Part shown: in pieces, positions 59,841 to 64,000 of the stretch
Position numbering within the stretch: position 1 is the stretch's first letter
Layout of the letters: the number at the start of each line of letters is the position of its first letter
NCBI GenBank assembly: GCA_965249725.1
Contig: CBDFMQ010000002.1
Coordinates: 640,001-704,000, forward strand
DNA length: 64,000 bases
Source of the DNA: Longimicrobiales bacterium
GTDB lineage: Bacteria; Gemmatimonadota; Gemmatimonadetes; Longimicrobiales; Gaopeijiaceae
Reading direction: 5' to 3'
Program-made: the position numbers and the translations under genes
Notes under the pieces: generated by a model
The model's database searches: none
Told to the model about the DNA's origin: nothing
The model's input: the letters and a program-made list of their open reading frames with translations, nothing else

Positions 59841-60820
59841 AGACAGAGACCTTCCGCTCGCCGGAGCGGGGCGGGGCCCTCCTGGTCGACAAGCCGGCCG
59901 GACCTACGTCGCACGACGTGGTTGCCTGGGCACGCAAAGCGCTCGGCACGAGGCGTGTCGGGCACACCGGAACTCTCGACCCGTTCGCATCGGGGCTCCT
60001 CATTCTCCTCTTCGGGCCCGCGACCCGGTTGGCTGAATACCTATCCGGACTGCCGAAGACCTATGTCGCGGAGGCCCGACTGGGGGTCCGAACGGACACG
60101 CACGACTCGGAAGGGAAGATCTTGGAGCTCCCGCCGGCGTCCGAGGCGGACCGGGAGGGGCCCGGCGAGGGGCCCGGCGAGGGGCCCGGCGAGGGGCCCG
60201 GCGAGGAGGGCGAGATGCCCAGCGAGAAGGATCTCGCGTCGGAACTGACACGGTTCCAGGGCTCGATCGAGCAGATACCGCCGCAGTTCTCCGCCAAGAA
60301 GGTCGACGGGGAGGCGATGTACAAGAAGGCCCGCCGAGGTGAGAGCGTGGAGTTGAGCCCGGTGACTGTCGAGATCTCGGCCATCCGCTTGACGGGGTAC
60401 GAGCCACCGGATTTCTCCTTCGAGGTGACCTGTGCGGCCGGGACCTACATTCGGGCCCTGGCCAGGGACATCGGCGAGGGTCTGGGTGTCGGCGCCCATC
60501 TGAGGACACTGCGCCGTACGAGCGTAGGGAGCTTCTCGGTCGATGGAGCGATGCCGGGCGAGGCAATCAGAGAGGGTGTGGCTCCCGCATCGGGGCAGTG
60601 GATCCAGGCGGCGGAGGCGATCCGCCATCTCCCGACCGTCCGGGTTGCGGCCGAAGAGGCGTTGCGGCTCCGCCAGGGGGGCAGCGTCTCATCTCCGGGA
60701 GCCGGGGTGGAGGCCGAGACGCCCATCGCGGTCCTCGACGAGACGGGTCTGTTGGGCATCGCGCAGGTACACGAAGGTCGATTGGCGCCGAAGAAGATGC
60801 TCCAGGGCGCCGGCACGTGA
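59837..60820 (+). CDS. truB: tRNA pseudouridine(55) synthase
   Basis: DKPAGPTSHDVV, GHTGTLDPFASG, PPQFSAKKVDG, GTYIRALARD. Confidence 0.96.
   Translation: MKTETFRSPERGGALLVDKPAGPTSHDVVAWARKALGTRRVGHTGTLDPFASGLLILLFGPATRLAEYLSGLPKTYVAEARLGVRTDTHDSEGKILELPPASEADREGPGEGPGEGPGEGPGEEGEMPSEKDLASELTRFQGSIEQIPPQFSAKKVDGEAMYKKARRGESVELSPVTVEISAIRLTGYEPPDFSFEVTCAAGTYIRALARDIGEGLGVGAHLRTLRRTSVGSFSVDGAMPGEAIREGVAPASGQWIQAAEAIRHLPTVRVAAEEALRLRQGGSVSSPGAGVEAETPIAVLDETGLLGIAQVHEGRLAPKKMLQGAGT
60155..60202 (+). repeat. Coding tandem repeat, 4 x GAGGGGCCCGGC (EGPG) inside truB
   Basis: Read directly. Confidence 0.93.
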
Positions 60821-61770
60821 CGGACTTCGCGATCGACCCGGATCTGCCTTCCGGCCTCCCGTCGGACGGCAAGGGGACCGTCGTCACCATCGGTACGTTC
60901 GACGGGGTGCACCGAGGTCACTGGGAGGTTCTCTCCGAGATCCGCCGAAGGGCAGAGGAGACCGGCCGGCGCAGCGTGCTCGCGACCTTCCATCCACACC
61001 CTCTCACCATCGTCCGGCCGGAACTGTCTCCTCCCATGCTCACGACTCCGGTGGAGAAGAAGGAGATTCTAGCGGAGTCCGGACTCGACTACGCCGTGTT
61101 TCTACCCTTCACTCCGGTGCTGGCGAGCTATACTCCTCGCCGGTTTGTGGAAGAAATCCTCGTTGGCCGACTCGGTGTGAAGGAGCTGGTGGTCGGATAC
61201 GACCATCACTTCGGCAGGGGGCGGGCAGGAGACACCGACACTCTGCGGGCCCTGGGGTCCGAGCTGGGCTTCGAGGTCGATGTCGTAGGTCCGGTGGGGT
61301 CGGGAGAGATCCCCATCTCGTCGACCGGCATCCGAAGAGCCCTGTTGGAGGGCAACGTCGTTGCCGCCGGCGAAGCCCTCGGGCGCCCCTACTCGCTTCG
61401 AGGGCTCGTCGTTCGTGGGGACCAGAGGGGGAGGAGGCTCGGTTTTCCTACGGCCAACCTCGAGGTTAGGAGCGGCGGCATCGGCCAGAAGCTCATTCCG
61501 CCTCCCGGCATCTACGCGGTCAGGGGCATCTTGAGGTCGGGGACGTATGAAGGCGCGCTCCATCTGGGACCGAGGCCAACCTTCAGGGGGTCGCCGCCGA
61601 GTATCGAGGTCCATCTGCTGGATTTCGAAGACGACATCTATGGCGAGGAGATTCGCGTCGATTTCGTGCAGTATATGCGCGAGATCCGGCCCTTCGATTC
61701 TCAGCGGGCCCTGGTCGATCAGATGCGCGAGGATGTCGAGGAAGCGCGAAAGGTCCTCCGGGACTCCTGA
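60817..61770 (+). CDS. ribF: Bifunctional riboflavin kinase/FAD synthetase
   Basis: IGTFDGVHRGH, ISSTGIR, GRRLGFPTANL, G.RPTF. Confidence 0.95.
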   Translation: MTDFAIDPDLPSGLPSDGKGTVVTIGTFDGVHRGHWEVLSEIRRRAEETGRRSVLATFHPHPLTIVRPELSPPMLTTPVEKKEILAESGLDYAVFLPFTPVLASYTPRRFVEEILVGRLGVKELVVGYDHHFGRGRAGDTDTLRALGSELGFEVDVVGPVGSGEIPISSTGIRRALLEGNVVAAGEALGRPYSLRGLVVRGDQRGRRLGFPTANLEVRSGGIGQKLIPPPGIYAVRGILRSGTYEGALHLGPRPTFRGSPPSIEVHLLDFEDDIYGEEIRVDFVQYMREIRPFDSQRALVDQMREDVEEARKVLRDS

Positions 61771-61882
61771 CCGGTGAGCGGCGTTGTTGCCCCACATGGC
61801 TTACGCTATCTTAAATGGCTATTCGTATAAGGACGGATCAGCTTCCCTTGCAGCGCAGACTCTTGCGGAGGCAAACGCAGAC

Positions 61883-62143
61883 ATGACGATCAACAGAACA
61901 GAAATCATTCAGAAGCATCAGCTCCACGACGGAGACGTCGGGAGCGCTCCGGTCCAGGTTGCGCTCCTCACGGCTCGCATCAACGACCTCAGGTCCCACT
62001 TCGACGATCACAAGAAGGACCACCACAGTCGCCGAGGCCTCCTCAAGATGGTTGGACGCCGGCGCCGGTTGTTGGAGTACCTGAGGCGAACGGACGTGGA
62101 ACGCTACCGCGAGCTCATCGCGGACCTAGGACTCCGCCACTAG
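61883..62143 (+). CDS. rpsO: 30S ribosomal protein S15
   Basis: [35 protein letters not shown]. Confidence 0.97.
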   Translation: MTINRTEIIQKHQLHDGDVGSAPVQVALLTARINDLRSHFDDHKKDHHSRRGLLKMVGRRRRLLEYLRRTDVERYRELIADLGLRH

Positions 62144-62157
62144 ACAGAGGCGGATAT

Positions 62158-62195
62158 GAAGCGGCGGCGGCCGGTTGGTCGGTCGCCGCTTCTTG
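62158..62195 (+). terminator. Hairpin downstream of rpsO
   Basis: GAAGCGGCGGC...GTCGCCGCTTC stem followed by a short T run. Confidence 0.5.
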
Positions 62196-62391
62196 TAAGA
62201 CCGGCAGGAACCCTGGAGAATCGGCCCAACCAAACAGCCGCAATTGGTCGGGGCACGCCGTGCCCTGCATTGCGGCGGTCGATCTCTCTCGGAGCCTGCT
62301 GAACCGTCCTGATCGGGAATGCCCCGACGGGCGAAACATGGTCGGACGGGATGGTCCCGTTCGACGACAAAAAAGCAGAGAAAAGAGAGAA

Positions 62392-64000
62392 ATGATTCAG
62401 AGAATCGAACGCCAGTTCGCGGGGCGCACTTTAAGCCTTGAGTTCGGGCGAATGGCCAAGCTGGCACAGGGCTCCTGCCTTGTTCAGTTTGGCGAGACGG
62501 TTGTGCTATGCGCCGTCACGGTCCAAGACCGACCCACACACCTGCCCTTCTTCCCGCTTACGATCGAGTATCGCGAGAAGAGCTATGCGGCCGGGAAGAT
62601 CCCCGGTGGCTTCTTCAAGCGGGAGGGACGCCCCGGTGAGAACGAGGTCCTCGCGGCCCGTCTCACGGACCGTCCGCTTCGGCCCCTGTTCCCCGAGGGA
62701 TTCATGCACGAGACGCAGGTCGCGTGCTTCATCCTGAGCGCGGACCAGGAAAACTCGGCGGACGTACTGGCCATGCTCGGGGCCTCGGTGGCTCTGAACA
62801 TGTCCAAGGTCCCGTTCAACACTCTGGTCGCCTCCGTGCGGATCGGACGTATTAGGGACACGTGGGTCTTGAACCCGACCTTCCAGCAGCTCGAGTACTC
62901 CGATCTAGACATCGTGGTATCCGGGACTGAAGACGCTCTCATGATGGTCGAGGGCGGATCTCTCGAGGTCTCCGAGGCCGAAATTTTGGAGGGACTCGAG
63001 ATCGCCCATGAGGGCATCAGAGAACTCATCGCCATCCAGAAGGAGCTCTTGGAGGGGCACACTGTTCCGGACATGGAGTGGTCCCCGGTAACGCCGGACG
63101 AGGCTCTGGCCACGCGTGTCGGAGAGATGGCTGAGGATCGGATCAAGGAAGCGCTGACGCTTTCAGACAAGGCCGAGAGGAATCAGGCCATGGCCGCCGT
63201 GGCCGAAGACGTGATCAGCCGTCTGGTCGATGAGGACGAGTCCTACTCGGAGCACGAGAAGGACATCAAGGAGGTTCTCCGCACCATCGAGAAGAAGTCG
63301 ATGCGCAGGAGGATTCTGGAGCAGGGTGAGCGAGCCGATGGCCGCAGCCTCGAAGAGGTCCGCCCCATCACCTCCGAGGTCGGGGTTCTGCCCCGCACAC
63401 ACGGTTCGGCGCTCTTCACTCGGGGCCAGACACAAGCCCTCGTGGTGACGACGCTCGGAACTTCTCGGGACGAGCAGCGGATCGACTCGATCGACTCGGC
63501 CGAAGAGGTCACCAAGTCGTTCATGTTGCACTACAACTTCCCGGCGTTCTCGGTGGGTGAGGCAAGGCCTTTCCGGGGGACGACGCGGCGTGAGCAGGGT
63601 CACGGAGCCCTGGCCGAGCGGGCGATTCGTCCGCTGCTGCCGGCCTACGACGACTTCCCCTACACGATTCGGATCGTCTCCGATGTTCTCGAATCCAACG
63701 GGTCGTCTTCGATGGCTACCGTCTGCGGAGCTTCCTTGGCACTGATGGACGCGGGTGCGCCGATCAAGTCGGCGTGTGCAGGTGTGGCCATGGGTTTGAT
63801 CAAGGAGGGCGACGAGGTTGCCATCCTGACCGACATCCTGGGCCTCGAGGATGCCCTGGGTGACATGGACTTCAAGATCGCGGGCACGCGGGACGGCATC
63901 ACGTCGATCCAGATGGACATCAAGTGTGACGGGCTGACCAGCGACATCCTCACGACTGCCCTCGAGCGTGCGCACACCGGTCGTATGCACATTCTCGATG
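62392..64000 (+). CDS. pnp: Polyribonucleotide nucleotidyltransferase, runs off the window end
   Basis: Not in the ORF track. Manual translation: MIQRIERQFAGRTLSLEFGRMAKLAQGS...AAGKIPGGFFKREGRP...HGSALFTRGQTQ...ESNGSSSMA...GDMDFKIAG. Confidence 0.96.
   Translation, partial: MIQRIERQFAGRTLSLEFGRMAKLAQGSCLVQFGETVVLCAVTVQDRPTHLPFFPLTIEYREKSYAAGKIPGGFFKREGRPGENEVLAARLTDRPLRPLFPEGFMHETQVACFILSADQENSADVLAMLGASVALNMSKVPFNTLVASVRIGRIRDTWVLNPTFQQLEYSDLDIVVSGTEDALMMVEGGSLEVSEAEILEGLEIAHEGIRELIAIQKELLEGHTVPDMEWSPVTPDEALATRVGEMAEDRIKEALTLSDKAERNQAMAAVAEDVISRLVDEDESYSEHEKDIKEVLRTIEKKSMRRRILEQGERADGRSLEEVRPITSEVGVLPRTHGSALFTRGQTQALVVTTLGTSRDEQRIDSIDSAEEVTKSFMLHYNFPAFSVGEARPFRGTTRREQGHGALAERAIRPLLPAYDDFPYTIRIVSDVLESNGSSSMATVCGASLALMDAGAPIKSACAGVAMGLIKEGDEVAILTDILGLEDALGDMDFKIAGTRDGITSIQMDIKCDGLTSDILTTALERAHTGRMHILD

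Overview
GC-rich bacterial chromosome segment; gene order and gene families suggest Gemmatimonadota (inference). The left third is a ~20.9-kb integrative element (2035-22908) inserted into comM/yifB at the MNPC|PCG codons. Its ends are a duplicated GTGT core plus 21-bp terminal inverted repeats. It encodes a large serine recombinase, two VirD4/TraD-like ATPases (one ending in a PD-(D/E)XK-like domain) flanking a membrane protein, XRE regulators and mosaic cargo (truncated IS6, ABC permease, YfhO-like/GT2 glycosylation pair, lipoproteins, truncated QatA-like KAP NTPase). Key observation: the att site lies inside the integrase reading frame. Joining the element ends in silico restores a 510-codon comM and fuses the integrase in frame to the headless tandem-HTH ORF at the opposite end (646 aa), so the recombination state rewrites the integrase C-terminus. 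The remainder is housekeeping backbone (rplM-rpsI-rpsB-tsf-pyrH-frr-uppS-cdsA-dxr-rseP, serS, pcrA/uvrD, murA with Asp at the Cys115 position, rimP-nusA-infB-rbfA-truB-ribF-rpsO-pnp). It carries many unrelated tandem repeats that almost all have a 12-bp unit. All calls come from reading the sequence; no database search was run.
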